From a virus: a stretch of DNA of 32,348 nt. The stretch lies in the IMG/VR virus record IMGVR_UViG_3300014206_000042; one strand, written 5' to 3'. The notes under the pieces are model-generated. The model did no database searches. It was given only the letters and a program-made list of their open reading frames with translations, and was not told the origin of the DNA. Within the stretch, counting starts at the first letter, position 1; each line of letters begins with the position of its first letter. Shown piece after piece: positions 1 to 10,908 of the stretch. The translations under genes and the position numbers were made by a program.

Positions 1-159
1 ATAATAGAAATAATTATGATTTACCTATTGTCGAATTATATTATGAATACGCTAATGAATTTTCATTTAATTCTAAAGAAGCAGTATTACTAGAACCATT
101 ACCTTTAGATGCAAAGGTTGAAGTAAAAGGTGAATTTATACCTGAATTGAAAGATAATT
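1..159 (+). CDS. C-terminal end of an unknown protein, truncated by the window edge
   Basis: Open frame from the left edge reads ...DLPIVELYYEYANEFSFNSKEAVLLEPLPLDAKVEVKGEFIPELKDN then stop. Confidence 0.5.
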
Positions 160-239
160 AAAATATTTTAACAAAAAGGTGTACGATTTATTAAAAAATA
201 TGTATATTATACTTATAAAAATTTAGAAAAGGAAATAAA

Positions 240-1292
240 ATGAACATTTTTTCTGCTCTTGAAATTCTTTCCACAAATGATAATAAGTTTTTTCCATATG
301 CAGCAGTTTATAATCGAATTGGTAATAAGCAAGTTAATGCCGATTCACTTATTACCGAAGCAGATAAGAAAAGTATTATTGAAAAAATTAACTCTGCCTC
401 TTCTATTGAAGAATTAAAATCGGCTACTGATATTACAAAAATTGAATTTAAGTTCACTCCAGATTTTAATGAAATTGATTTTCCGACTATTTCATTTACA
501 AATGGTAAGGCAAATGTTTCAATTAATTGTTTAATTCCAGGAATTATTTCAATTCCTCAATGTAAATATTCAGAAAAAATTGGAACTGAATTACCGGCTA
601 AGATTTTTAGAAATTATAGTATTATTCACAATGGTGAATTGAATATGCCGGTTTTGGCCGTAAAACTTGATGGAAAATCTCGTAAACAGTTTTTAGAAAA
701 TGGTGTTAAAATTAATAATTCACCTATTGTTATTTTAGATATGACTCAATTTGATTTGGATCTTAATTTAATTAATATTGACCTAAATGTTCTATTTAAT
801 CTTGAATGCGATTTATATACTAAAAAAGTAGCAATGAAAGTATTAAAAAAGAATGAAGAAGTTAAAAACTCTATTCTTTTTACCGATTTTAATGAAGACC
901 AAGAAATTATTGAATTTTTAGCCGAACATGGATATGTTAATGGAATGTTTTCTCCTAAAACTGTAATTGTAGAAAAAGCTATTACTATTCCAGTTAAACA
1001 AATTAAAGTTTCTATTAAATCTTGTTCTGGAATTCCGGCTATTAAAGATGTATTAGCCAAAAAAAGTGCAAATAAAAAATTAACAAAAGCTGAATCCATT
1101 ATGGATTTTTATATGAATTGCTCTGTTGATTTAGTTACACTTAAAAATCAAATTAAATGTCTTTCACATAATGTAGCTATGTTAAAATATGCTATGCTAT
1201 TAAGCGATAAAGAATATAACCAAGAAGATTTAACTTCAATTTCTGAAGGATTTGATTTTTCCGGTTCAATTAATACAATTTTCAATAAATAA
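240..1292 (+). CDS. Hypothetical protein, 350 aa, intact ORF with no in-frame CGG
   Basis: Long ORF preceded by AGGAAA and followed by a hairpin terminator. Confidence 0.85.
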   Translation: MNIFSALEILSTNDNKFFPYAAVYNRIGNKQVNADSLITEADKKSIIEKINSASSIEELKSATDITKIEFKFTPDFNEIDFPTISFTNGKANVSINCLIPGIISIPQCKYSEKIGTELPAKIFRNYSIIHNGELNMPVLAVKLDGKSRKQFLENGVKINNSPIVILDMTQFDLDLNLINIDLNVLFNLECDLYTKKVAMKVLKKNEEVKNSILFTDFNEDQEIIEFLAEHGYVNGMFSPKTVIVEKAITIPVKQIKVSIKSCSGIPAIKDVLAKKSANKKLTKAESIMDFYMNCSVDLVTLKNQIKCLSHNVAMLKYAMLLSDKEYNQEDLTSISEGFDFSGSINTIFNK

Positions 1293-1310
1293 AATTTTTA
1301 ATTTTTCAAA

Positions 1311-1336
1311 AAAGAGGCTAAAAAGCCTCTTTTTTT
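1311..1336 (+). terminator. Rho-independent terminator
   Basis: AAAGAGGCT-AAAA-AGCCTCTTT followed by a T run. Confidence 0.85.
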
Positions 1337-1389
1337 GTTTACAAACAGTTAAAAATAATGTATATTTGTTATTAATTAAGGAGAATACT

Positions 1390-2616
1390 ATGACTATTAA
1401 TTGGTTAGAATTCGATAATAAAATGGTTATTAATGGAATTAAATTGATGGAACTCATCAATAGTTATGGATATGAAGCCTTAGTTGTTGGTGGTGCAGTT
1501 AGAGATATTATCATGGGTGATAAAAATATTCATGATATTGATATCGCTACTAATATGCCAATTGATGAAATTAAAAATAAATTTGAAACCTATGATATTG
1601 GCGGAGAAAAACATGGGACGGTGATTGTTATTTTTGAAAATTTTTCTTTTGAATTAACTCAATTTAGAGTTGAAAATGGGTATTCTGATAATCGTCATCC
1701 AGATGAAGTAAAATATGTAAATTCATTTGAAGAAGATTCAAAACGAAGAGATTTTACAATTAATTCTATGGCTATTAATTCTGCCGGTTTAGTAATCGAT
1801 TATAATGGCGGTATTGAAGACATTAAGAATGGTATTATTCGTTGCGTTGGTAATGCTAATGAAAGATTTACTGAAGATGCTTTACGTATTATCCGAGCCC
1901 TTCGTTTTGCTGCTAGATTTAACTTTACAATCGATCCTATTACATTTGAGGCAATTAAAACTAATGCTCAAAATTTAAAAAATATTGCTGTTGAACGTAT
2001 TTGTGCTGAAATGATTAAAACTTCAGAATATGATGGTGCTTTTGATAAATTAATTCTTTTAATGGAATCTAGTAATATTTTTAATGTTATTTTTAATAAA
2101 GAATTAACTAAAAACGAAAGTGCTTTGTGTCATAAAATTTTATGTAAAGCTCAAGAAAAAGATAAATCTTCTATTTTTCAATTTATTATCTTTTTTAATA
2201 CATTTTTTGATAATACTAAAGACATTTTAAATATTATGACTTCTCTTAAAATGTCTAATGAATATATTAAACCTTCAGTTTGGTGTTCAGTAAATCTTTT
2301 TAAGTATATTACTATTAAGAACTATTCTCACTATGAAGTATTTAAGTTTATTTCAAATCCTTATTTTGATTATTTAGATAAATGGGCGCATATTAGCTTC
2401 ATTACTGGAAATAATGAATATGATGAATTTATTTTATCACATGAAAAGCTTATTAAAGCGGCTGAAAGATCTTCTGAAATTTCTCAATTATTACTTGAAA
2501 AAGGATATTTTGGAAAGGAATTTGGTATTAAACTTAATGAAGTTAATACTTGGCTTTTTGATCAATATTTTATTGATAAAATTCCTTCTATTGATGAAAT
2601 TGAAAAAATGATGTGA
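1390..2616 (+). CDS. cca: CCA-adding enzyme / tRNA nucleotidyltransferase (poly(A) polymerase head-domain family)
   Basis: Motifs VVGGAVRDIIMGDKNIHDIDIATN, RRDFTINSMAIN, DYNGGIEDIKNGIIRCVGNANERFTEDALRIIRALRFAARFNF. AAGGAG lies upstream of the ATG at 1390; the track start at 1252 is too far upstream. Confidence 0.9.
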   Translation: MTINWLEFDNKMVINGIKLMELINSYGYEALVVGGAVRDIIMGDKNIHDIDIATNMPIDEIKNKFETYDIGGEKHGTVIVIFENFSFELTQFRVENGYSDNRHPDEVKYVNSFEEDSKRRDFTINSMAINSAGLVIDYNGGIEDIKNGIIRCVGNANERFTEDALRIIRALRFAARFNFTIDPITFEAIKTNAQNLKNIAVERICAEMIKTSEYDGAFDKLILLMESSNIFNVIFNKELTKNESALCHKILCKAQEKDKSSIFQFIIFFNTFFDNTKDILNIMTSLKMSNEYIKPSVWCSVNLFKYITIKNYSHYEVFKFISNPYFDYLDKWAHISFITGNNEYDEFILSHEKLIKAAERSSEISQLLLEKGYFGKEFGIKLNEVNTWLFDQYFIDKIPSIDEIEKMM

Positions 2617-2638
2617 GAATAACTAACAGAAATATATT

Positions 2639-2668
2639 AAACCGGATAAAATTTATCCGGTTTTTTGT
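2639..2668 (+). terminator. Rho-independent terminator
   Basis: AACCGGATAAA-AT-TTTATCCGGTT followed by T run. Confidence 0.85.
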
Positions 2669-2721
2669 TTTTATTTAATAAATAGAATATAATAAAGTTT
2701 AATGAAGGAGAAATATTTAAT

Positions 2722-3538
2722 ATGAAAATAAGAAAAGAATTTAAAAAAATGAATGAAAGTTTTTTTAATATATCAAAGTTAGAAGTAGTTGAAAAAATTG
2801 ACCAACTTATTAGTGATGCAATTGATAATAAAGTTAAAACTTTAACCGGTTTATATCGGATATGTTGTAGATGAATTATCAAAAATATTTAATGTTCCCA
2901 CTAAAGAATTAATAAAAAATTATGATAATACAATAACTAATAAAGTTAGATTTGCCTATAATGGTAAATTAGCTTTCGAAAATAAAAAAAATTTAAGATC
3001 TAAAATTATTAAAGAACAGTTTTTGAAAGAAGAATTAGAACCAGATTGGAAATTAATCGGAACTATAGATAAAAATATGGTTAAAGATATTAGACCGGGT
3101 TTAGAAAATATTTTTAATCTTACTTTGGAAATTGTAAATAAAATAGTTACAGATAAAAAAGAAATATTATGGTATACTGATGAACCTTCAAAAAATTTAT
3201 TAAAGGTTTTTTGTAAAGAATTTACTAATTATGCAAAAGAATATAATTTTAATAAAGTTATAAAAGAAGCTGGATTTAATGAATTTGATATTGATGAAAA
3301 TGGATTATATTTATATAATGAATATGGAAATATGATTTCTGTATTGTCATTATATTATGATTTTGAAGAAGGAGAATCATCATTTGGAATTTCAGGAAGA
3401 GATTCTAAAAGTGGTCCGGCCGAAATACACGGAATTTATGTATGGTATTTATCTATTGAATTTGATAATGACATATTTATAAAAGGAATGGCTCCTAAAA
3501 ATAAAGAAATTATATATAAGTTTAAAGATAATTATTAA
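2722..3538 (+). CDS. Hypothetical protein, reconstructed across one CGGN (2857)
   Basis: ATG at 2722 with GGAG upstream. ...KTLTGLY[CGGA=G]YVVDELSKNIF... joins in frame to the 3023-3538 ORF. Confidence 0.8.
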
Positions 3539-3604
3539 TTAATTTTGGTCATTTTTTGTTTTTTCTTGTAAATATATTAAATAGAAAATAAAAGGTTTAC
3601 AAGA

Positions 3605-3993
3605 ATGCTTGAATTAGATGAAAAAAAATTTATACCAGTTGAGTTATTAGTTTCTAAATCTATAATTGAAGAAACATTAACTAGAATTCGGTATTGCTAA
3701 TAAAAGAGATAAAGTTCTTTGGCCAAGTTGTTATTTATGGTCTAAATTTGATGATACCTTTTTATTACATTTTAAACAATGTTTTATTTTAGCTGATAAA
3801 TCATATGGTAATATATCTGAAGAAGATTTAATTCGCCGAAATAGTATTGCATTTTGTTTAAAAAATTGGCGGTTTAATTAATGTAGATTTAGATTTAATT
3901 ACTCCTTATAATCAAAGAGTTTTTGTTCTTCCATATAAAGAAAAAAACAAATGGCAAATTATTCATAAATTTAGAATAGAAAACTTAATTTAA
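3605..3993 (+). CDS. Hypothetical protein, reconstructed across CGGN at 3689 and 3870
   Basis: MLELDEKKFIPVELLVSKSIIEETLTRI[G]IANKRDKVLWPSCYLWSKFDDTF...NSIAFCLKNW[G]LINVDLDLITPYNQRVFVLPYKEKNKWQIIHKFRIENLI*. Not present as one ORF in the track. Confidence 0.8.
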
Positions 3994-4043
3994 AAATAAG
4001 AATCTTTTTAGATTCTTATTTAGATTTGTAATAAAGGAAAAAT

Positions 4044-5240
4044 ATGAAAATTAATTTAGAAAATAAATGGATTAGAGGAGCAATTCCAGCATTAATGATT
4101 CATCGGTGCTACTCGGTTCGGTATATTGTTGGTCTTTATTTAAACAATCAATTGCTGATTCCATAAATAGTTCCATCCGGAAATGTAGAATGGGCATTCA
4201 GTTTAGCTATTTTCTTTTTAGGAATGTCTGCCGCATTTGGAGGAAGATTTGTAGAAAAAAATATAAAAACAGCCTCATTAATATCATTATTTTGTTTTTG
4301 TTTTGGTTTGATAGGAACTCGGTATTGCCATTCATTTTAAAAGTTTAATAGGTGTATTATTATCTTATCGGATGTTTAATGGGAATCCGGTTTAGGTATT
4401 GGATATATTACTCCGGTAAAAAATTTAATGTTATGGTTTTCTAAAAATAAAGGGTTAGCAACTCGGTATTGCTATATCACGGATTTGGTTTAGCTAAAGT
4501 AATTGCTTCTCCATTAATTGAATATCTTCAAAATACTTTTAGTATTGCTAATATGTTTTTTATTTTAGCTCGGTATTTATTTCTTTCCAATGTTAATAAC
4601 CTTTTTATTAATAAAAAAACCATTAATTTTAATTGAAAAAATAAAAATAGACCAATTTCATATTTCTTCTATTTTTAAAAATAAAAGTTATTTAGCTATT
4701 TGGTTTATTTTCTTTATGAATATAACTTGTGGATTAGCTATTATTTCTCAAGAAAAGCCGATTATGAAATTTTTAGGATTTACTAGTATTGCTTTTATTT
4801 CAGCTTTAACCGCAACTTTTAATACTATCGGAAGATTTGGTTATTCTACTTTAGGAGAATATTTAAAAGATCGTTCTACAATTTATAAATTAATATTTGG
4901 TACATCAATTATAGCTTGTATTATTGGTATATTCGGTTTTTCTATATTATCAGTATTAATGTTAATTATTTCTTTATGTATTATTAATGCCGGATATGGC
5001 GGCGGTTTTAGTAATTTACCAGCTTTATTATCAGATAAATTTGGAATGAATCATATTAGTACTATACATGGATTAACTCTTTCTGCTTGGGCTTTTGCTG
5101 GATTATGTGGCAATCAATTATCTTCTCATATATTATCTTGGTCAGATAGTTATTTTCTATTATTAACTTTACTGACTATATTATATTCAATATGTTTAAT
5201 AATAACTTATGCTTTTATAAAAAATTCTAAAAAATTATGA
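4044..5240 (+). CDS. MFS transporter, oxalate/formate antiporter-like, reconstructed across nine CGGN
   Basis: Reconstruction: [20 protein letters not shown][G]AT[G][10 protein letters not shown]...SSI[G][27 protein letters not shown]...LIGT[G][15 protein letters not shown][G]CLMGI[G][24 protein letters not shown][G]IAIS[G][10 protein letters not shown]...FILA[G]IYFFPML, then the 4590-5240 ORF. Confidence 0.9.
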
Positions 5241-5247
5241 GGTAAAA

Positions 5248-5725
5248 ATGACAATAAGAAATAAAATATTATCTTCTATTTGTAAAAAAGAAACACAAAA
5301 TCATATAGATCAAGTTAATTCTTTTATGAAAAAAAGTGCATTAGAAATAGAAAAAAGAGGAAAAATTCATGATGCCTCAAAATTAAAAGAACCGGAATTT
5401 GAATATTTTAAAAAATATACTCCATTACTTAAAAATGTTACATATGGTTCTAAAGAATATAATGAATATCTAAAAAATTTAAAAATAGCTTTAGATCATC
5501 ATTATAAAGAAAATTCTCATCATCCTGAACATTATTCAAATGGAATTGCTCGGTATGTCATTAATAGATTTACTTGAATTAATTTGTGATTGGAAAGCCT
5601 CTTCTATGAGACATTCTGATGGAGATATTAAAAAATCAATTGAAATTAATCAAAAACGTTTTAATTATGATGATACATTAAAACAAATTTTGTTAAATAC
5701 CGTTTCATTTTTAGATAATAAATAG
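5248..5725 (+). CDS. DUF5662-like protein, reconstructed across CGGT at 5551
   Basis: ...HDASKL...ALDHHYKENSHHPEHYSNGIA[G]MSLIDLLELICDWKASSMRHSDGD... The CGGT fuses ORFs 5248-5577 and 5540-5725. Confidence 0.8.
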
Positions 5726-5729
5726 AATA

Positions 5730-6132
5730 ATGATATTAGAAGAAACAAAACTTTTTATTGATAATGCAAATTATTTTTTAAATAATCGGTTTATGTGAGG
5801 CAATAAAAAAGAAAAAAGTTATTAGAAATAGTAAAAAAATAATAAAATATATTTCTGATAAACCTAATTATAGAATTGAAATTGATAAAGTATCTAAAAG
5901 ACCTAAAGAGGTCTTAATAAAAAGTAAAGAAAAGAAAAATAGAGAATTAGGTCAAAAAACAGGTAAATTAAAACGTATGGCTAAAAGTAGTTTTAGTCAA
6001 CAAAAAAGATTAAAATCTTTTAAAATTCGTAAACAACAAAAGATTGAATATAAAGCAGATCCTAAAAAAATTGATAGAATTAATAAAAAAATTGGAGAAA
6101 TTCCAAAAGAAGTAAAGAAGGATTTATTATGA
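5730..6132 (+). CDS. Hypothetical basic protein, reconstructed across CGGT at 5787
   Basis: MILEETKLFIDNANYFLNN[G]LCEAIKKKKVIRNSKKIIKYISDKPNYRIEIDKVSKRPKEVL...KDLL*; uninterrupted after the quadruplet. Confidence 0.7.
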
Positions 6133-6919
6133 ATTTTGAACAATATGTTAATAAACATATCAATACTCCTTATGTTCCAAATATAATTTCTGAAAATAAT
6201 AATTTTAGACCATCTATTTCGGAAACATTAATTAGTGCTAATGGAGATGACTGGCTCATTTCTCGTACTCGGAAATGATATATATGTCTCTTATAAAAAT
6301 AAGAGCCTGAATGTCTCTAAATTGAAACAGGAATTAAAAAAATTATATAGTTTAGAGCATTTAGAAGATAGTCGGATATGCTAGATTATCAGAAATTGAA
6401 ATATTAAGTTCTAAAAGAATTAGAGGACATTTAACTAAAGTATTTGAAAATGATACTACTATGAACTTAGAAATAGATTCAGCTAAATGTGCTAGATATT
6501 TAAGACAAAAAGACTATGTCGGAATAGATTTTAATAATTTAGACGAATCTATTAAAGAATTAAATGAAAGTTTAATTGAAGAATCTCCTCATATTGAAAT
6601 AGAAGATGAATATGGAGATTTAAGATTTTGGGACTTTTGTGCAGAAGAAGATTTTAGAAATATTGAAAATGGTGGTTGGTTAAAACAATTATTATTATTA
6701 TATACCTACCCTCATGAAATAAAATCATTAAATCCAAATAAAAATAATCCAAAAGTATTAAAAATATCTAAAGAAGAATTACCGTTTATTACTAAAGCAC
6801 TAATAAATAATAACTTTTTTATTAATATAGCTAAAAGTGATTTACAACATGTTTCAGCTAAATTTAATTTAGAATTAAAAAACACAATTCCTTCAGAGTT
6901 ATATTCAAAAATTAATTAA
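6129..6919 (+). CDS. Hypothetical protein, reconstructed across CGGA at 6270 and 6373
   Basis: ...DDWLISRT[G]NDIYVSYKNKSLNVSKLKQELKKLYSLEHLEDS[G]YARLSEIEILSSKRIRG... continues into the 6461-6919 ORF; ATG overlaps the previous TGA. Confidence 0.8.
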
Positions 6920-6966
6920 TGATTTTTAATTTCTTTTATTTAAATTAAACAAATAGGAGAAATTAT

Positions 6967-7528
6967 ATGTTAAATAAATATAATAAAGAAGAATTAGATA
7001 AAATTTTTGGCTATCAATTTAGAAATATGAAAGAAGAATCTAAATTAAAAAGATTAATTCGGTCAAAAATTAATTAATCAATTAAATGATTGCCCAATTG
7101 AAAATTATGAATTACGTTTAAGTATATATAAAGAATTATTTAATTATTTTGGAAAGGACTCTAGAATAGAAAGTCCTTTTTTTTGTGATTGCGGTAAAAA
7201 AATAAGTATAGGAGAACGTACATTAATTAATTTTAATTGTGTATTTTTAGACGGGGATCAAATACAAATAGGAAATGATTGTTGGATTGGTCCAAATGTA
7301 CAAATTTATAGTTCTACACATCCTATAAATTATATAGAAAGAAGACTTAAATGTTCAGCAAAACCTATTACTATTGGAAATGATGTTTGGATAGGAGGAG
7401 GATCTATTATTTGCCCTGGTATTTCAATTGGAGATAGATCGATAATCGGAGCAGGAAGTGTAGTAACTAAAGATATACCTTCTGATGGCATAGCTTTTGG
7501 AAATCCATGTAAAATTCATCAATCATAA
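6967..7528 (+). CDS. Sugar/maltose O-acetyltransferase-like protein (left-handed beta-helix hexapeptide family), reconstructed across CGGT at 7060
   Basis: FRNMKEESKLKRLI[G]QKLINQLNDCPIENYELRLS...CDCGKKISIGERTLINFNCVFLDGDQIQIGNDCWIGPNVQIYSSTHPINYIERR...ITIGNDVWIGGGSIICPGISIGDRSIIGAGSVVTKDIPSDGIAFGNPCKI. Confidence 0.9.
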
Positions 7529-7576
7529 TTCTAATAAATAGTATATAGAATTTAGATTTTAGGAGAAATAACATTT

Positions 7577-7933
7577 ATGAAAGCTAAAAATTTTGAAGAA
7601 TATTTTTTATCTGAAACCGCTTTAATACAAGAAGGTCAAATTACCTATATTGGAGATACTACTATTGCTGAAGAATTACCAATATCAGAACCATTAAAAA
7701 GTCAAGGTATAAAACCGCCTCATAATTTTTGTAAACATATTCATCATTATACAGTAAATACTTACGGAGATGGATGGACTAGTATTGCCGAAGAAGGTTC
7801 TTCACATGAACATAGAATACTTAAATGGATAATTATGTCTGATGGAACACATGCACATCAAATAATTAAACCTTCAAAACAATCTAATGATTCTAATTCA
7901 TTACAAGTACCGGTTGTAACTATAGCTAGTTAA
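7577..7933 (+). CDS. Hypothetical histidine-rich phage protein, no in-frame CGG
   Basis: Intact 118 aa ORF with AGGAG upstream. Confidence 0.75.
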   Translation: MKAKNFEEYFLSETALIQEGQITYIGDTTIAEELPISEPLKSQGIKPPHNFCKHIHHYTVNTYGDGWTSIAEEGSSHEHRILKWIIMSDGTHAHQIIKPSKQSNDSNSLQVPVVTIAS

Positions 7934-7950
7934 TTAATAGGAGAAATAAT

Positions 7951-8416
7951 ATGGATATTAAAAATATGAATTTAACTGATTATATCAGCCAAACTAAAGC
8001 TGAAGAGACTCAACAAAAACAAAAAGAAATTATGAATGCTTATTTACGGGTTTTGTGATTTTATTATAGAAAGCTTACAAATGGCTAATCAAGTTCAATT
8101 ATATCATTGGCGTTGTGAACGTGATGCAGAACATAAACACTGGAATAATATCTATGATATTATTAGAGAATTTGCAGATAGAGCGGCAGAAGCGGTTTTA
8201 GGACAAGGTGTTCCATTTGAATTTACCGATAAAACATTTTTAGTTAATTGTGAAGTCTATTCATTTGTAGGAGCTATTAATAAAGTACGAATTTATAAAA
8301 ATACAATTAATGAATATGCTTCTACTTTTGGCGGACAGGCCGGTATTGCTAATATTTTAGGTGATACTGCTGAAAAATTAGATAAAGAAATAGGTCTTCT
8401 TTGCGCATTTAAATAA
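7951..8416 (+). CDS. Small ferritin-like/DUF5856-like phage protein, reconstructed across CGGG at 8047
   Basis: MDIKNMNLTDYISQTKAEETQQKQKEIMNAYL[G]FCDFIIESLQMANQVQLYHWRCERDAEHKHWNNIYDIIREFADRAAEAVLGQG... Confidence 0.75.
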
Positions 8417-8440
8417 AATTAAAATCGAGGTTAGTATTAA

Positions 8441-8855
8441 ATGTTTGAATTATCTCAAAATCCAGATTTTAAAACTAATACAACTAAAGTTATTAGTGCA
8501 TTTTCGGATATTTCTTCAGAAAGTAATTCTATAATTGAGATATATAGTTTTGAAGCAATTGATCAATGGATAGAAAGTATTTTATGTACTATTCCTCGGA
8601 GAAAGATTATTTAATCTTTCTTTAGGTTCTCCGTTATATCAAATATTGTTTGAAAATGCAACATCTTCTAATTCTTCTGAAATATTTAATCAAATAATAT
8701 TAGTAATTGAAAAATGGATTCCAGATATTACTATAGATAATGATAGTTCTAGATATAATTTTGATTCTAGTTTGCATAATTTAACTATTGAAATAATTTA
8801 TTATAGTAAAAAATTAGCTTCATCACATAAATTTTCAAGAAAAATACAAAAATAA
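8441..8855 (+). CDS. Baseplate wedge protein, T4 gp25-like, reconstructed across CGGA at 8597
   Basis: ...FEAIDQWIESILCTIP[G]ERLFNLSLGSPLYQILFENATSSNSSEIFNQIILVIEKWIPDI...; PGER followed by LGSxLYxxLFE resembles gp25. Confidence 0.75.
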
Positions 8856-9567
8856 ATGGCTACTAAATTAAAATTATCTACATATTTTAAAAATAAAACT
8901 ATTAAATTAAGTAGTAAATATAGAGTTTATTTAAAAATGGCTTGCTTAGGAGTAAAACAATCAGAAGAAATTGAACTTTATTTTTGTGAAGATATTGATA
9001 TTCCAAAATTAAAATTTAAATCAGATGAATATATTTTAGGTAATATTGGAATTAAAATACCTTATTTAGATAATGAAAGTGCATTATCTGTTAAATTACA
9101 ATTAGTTGATGATAAATCTTCTTCGATAGAAAAATTAATTATGCATCGGTTTTATTCCAGATTTATTTAATTTTGATAATATGGTTTATTCTACCCCTTC
9201 TAGAAATACTAAATTAGAATTTAATAATGAAGCTGCCTCTTGGTTAAGAATTGAAATTTATGATACCGATTTTGATAAAATCACTGAAGAATATTGTTTT
9301 TTTAATATTACTTTAGCTAATTATTCACATCCGGCATTTAATTATCAATCGGCCAACCCAACTAAACTAGATATTGAATTTAATTTTATTGAAATGGAAT
9401 ATTCTAATTTTTATGATATTTATCAAAGAAAGTTTTCTATTTCTAAAACAAAAACAGAAATAATTGAATATGATAAATCAAATGCCTCTATAGCTGATAG
9501 TGAATCTGCTAAATTAATTAATTATAGCAATTATCAATCTCAACAAGATAAAATGAATAAATATTAA
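8856..9567 (+). CDS. Hypothetical structural protein, reconstructed across CGGT at 9147
   Basis: ...KLIMH[G]FIPDLFNFDNMVYSTPSRNTKLEFNNEAASWLRIEIYDTDFDKITEE...; fuses two adjacent ORFs. Confidence 0.75.
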
Positions 9568-9570
9568 AAT

Positions 9571-10867
9571 ATGGATAAATTACAATTTAAAAAATTCTTT
9601 TCAAGAATGCCTAAATTACCATTTAGGTATATTGTTGAGATTTTAGAAAGTAAAGAAGAATCTGATAAAGAAACTAAAGTTGATAATTTAATTGCTCCAT
9701 GGGTTATAATTAATGTAGATCTTCCTAAAATAGATATTAAAAGTGAAGTATTTAAAGCTTCAAGACCTATTGCTTATCCATTTATTAATTTTTCTAATAT
9801 GGAACTTCAATTAACAATGGAAGAAAATGATCAAAGTGTGGTTTCTTACTTTTTAGAAAAATGTATAATGAAAAGAACTCGTTTTTTAAAAAATGAAAAT
9901 TATAATGAAAATACTGGATCTGAATATAGTATTTATAGTAATGCAGTAAGAAGAATGTTAGAAAAAAAAGAACAAAAATCTGGATTAACTATTTTAGTAC
10001 ATGAATTAGATGAAACAATGTCTAATTCTATTTTAACACACAAATTTGACCATTGTTGGTTAACTTCTCCGTCCTCTTATAAATGGTCATATGTATCAGA
10101 TTCCGGTGTAACTTACCAATTAGGTTTTTCTTTTTTAAGTTATTCAATTGAAGAAGAAGAAAATTTAGGAGAATTTACTAATTATCTTTCAGAAGTAAAT
10201 CAAGCCGCTCAAGTAAAAAATAATTCTTTAAATTCTACTAAAACTCAAGTCTTTACTGAAATGGAATCTTCAAATAGTGGATTTGTTGAATCATTAAAAA
10301 ATAAATATAGTTATATAGATACTACTAAGCATAAAGTAGATAAAACTGTTAATGATGTTTCTGATGAATTAAAAACAAATAAAACAATTGGAAGTGGTAA
10401 AGATTCTACTATAAGAGGAGCTGGAATTACTGCATCAGTTAAAACTTATAGAACAGATGTTCAATTAGTTTATGATAAGTCTATAAATCAGATGTATTTA
10501 GTTGATGTTCAAGGTAATGTTTTAGATTCAATTTCTAAAGTATATACTTCAACTAAAGGAGATGAAACTAATGTAGGAGGAGAAACTCCAACCGGAGATT
10601 GGGTATTAGATTATACAACTTCTATTAAACAAAAAAATGAAACATATAAATATAAAGAAGAAAATGAAAATGCGGCAGCTTTATGGGCAATTAGTACTTC
10701 TGAAAGTTCTGATACATTATCTGAAGCTAAAAGGGCTCGGCATAAATATACATTATGGTACTACTGCTAGTTGGTCAGAAGGATGTATTGTTATGTCAAA
10801 AGAAAATCTTGAAAAAATAGCAAAATGGACAGATAAAACTAATACAAAAGTTACTGTAATTGATTAA
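9571..10867 (+). CDS. Tail/baseplate protein with C-terminal L,D-transpeptidase-like domain, reconstructed across CGGC at 10738
   Basis: ...TDVQLVYDKSINQMYLVDVQGNVLDS...TPTGDWVLDYTT...SEAKRA[G]INIHYGTTASWSEGCIVMSKENLEKIAKWTDKTNTKVTVID; IHYGTTASWSEGCIVMS resembles the YkuD catalytic region. Confidence 0.75.
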
Positions 10868-10908
10868 TAAATAGAATATAATTAACAATGCGAAATAAGG
10901 TTTAATTT

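Noticed and set aside
746-1099. Minus-strand ORF of 117 aa
   Set aside because: Lies entirely opposite the intact 240-1292 gene; likely an antisense shadow ORF.
2414-2611. + strand ORF of 65 aa overlapping cca
   Set aside because: Alternative frame inside the CCA-adding enzyme gene.
4044-4590. Pseudogene decay of the MFS gene and neighbours
   Set aside because: All lesions are identical in type, other stops or indels are absent, and essential structural genes show the same pattern.
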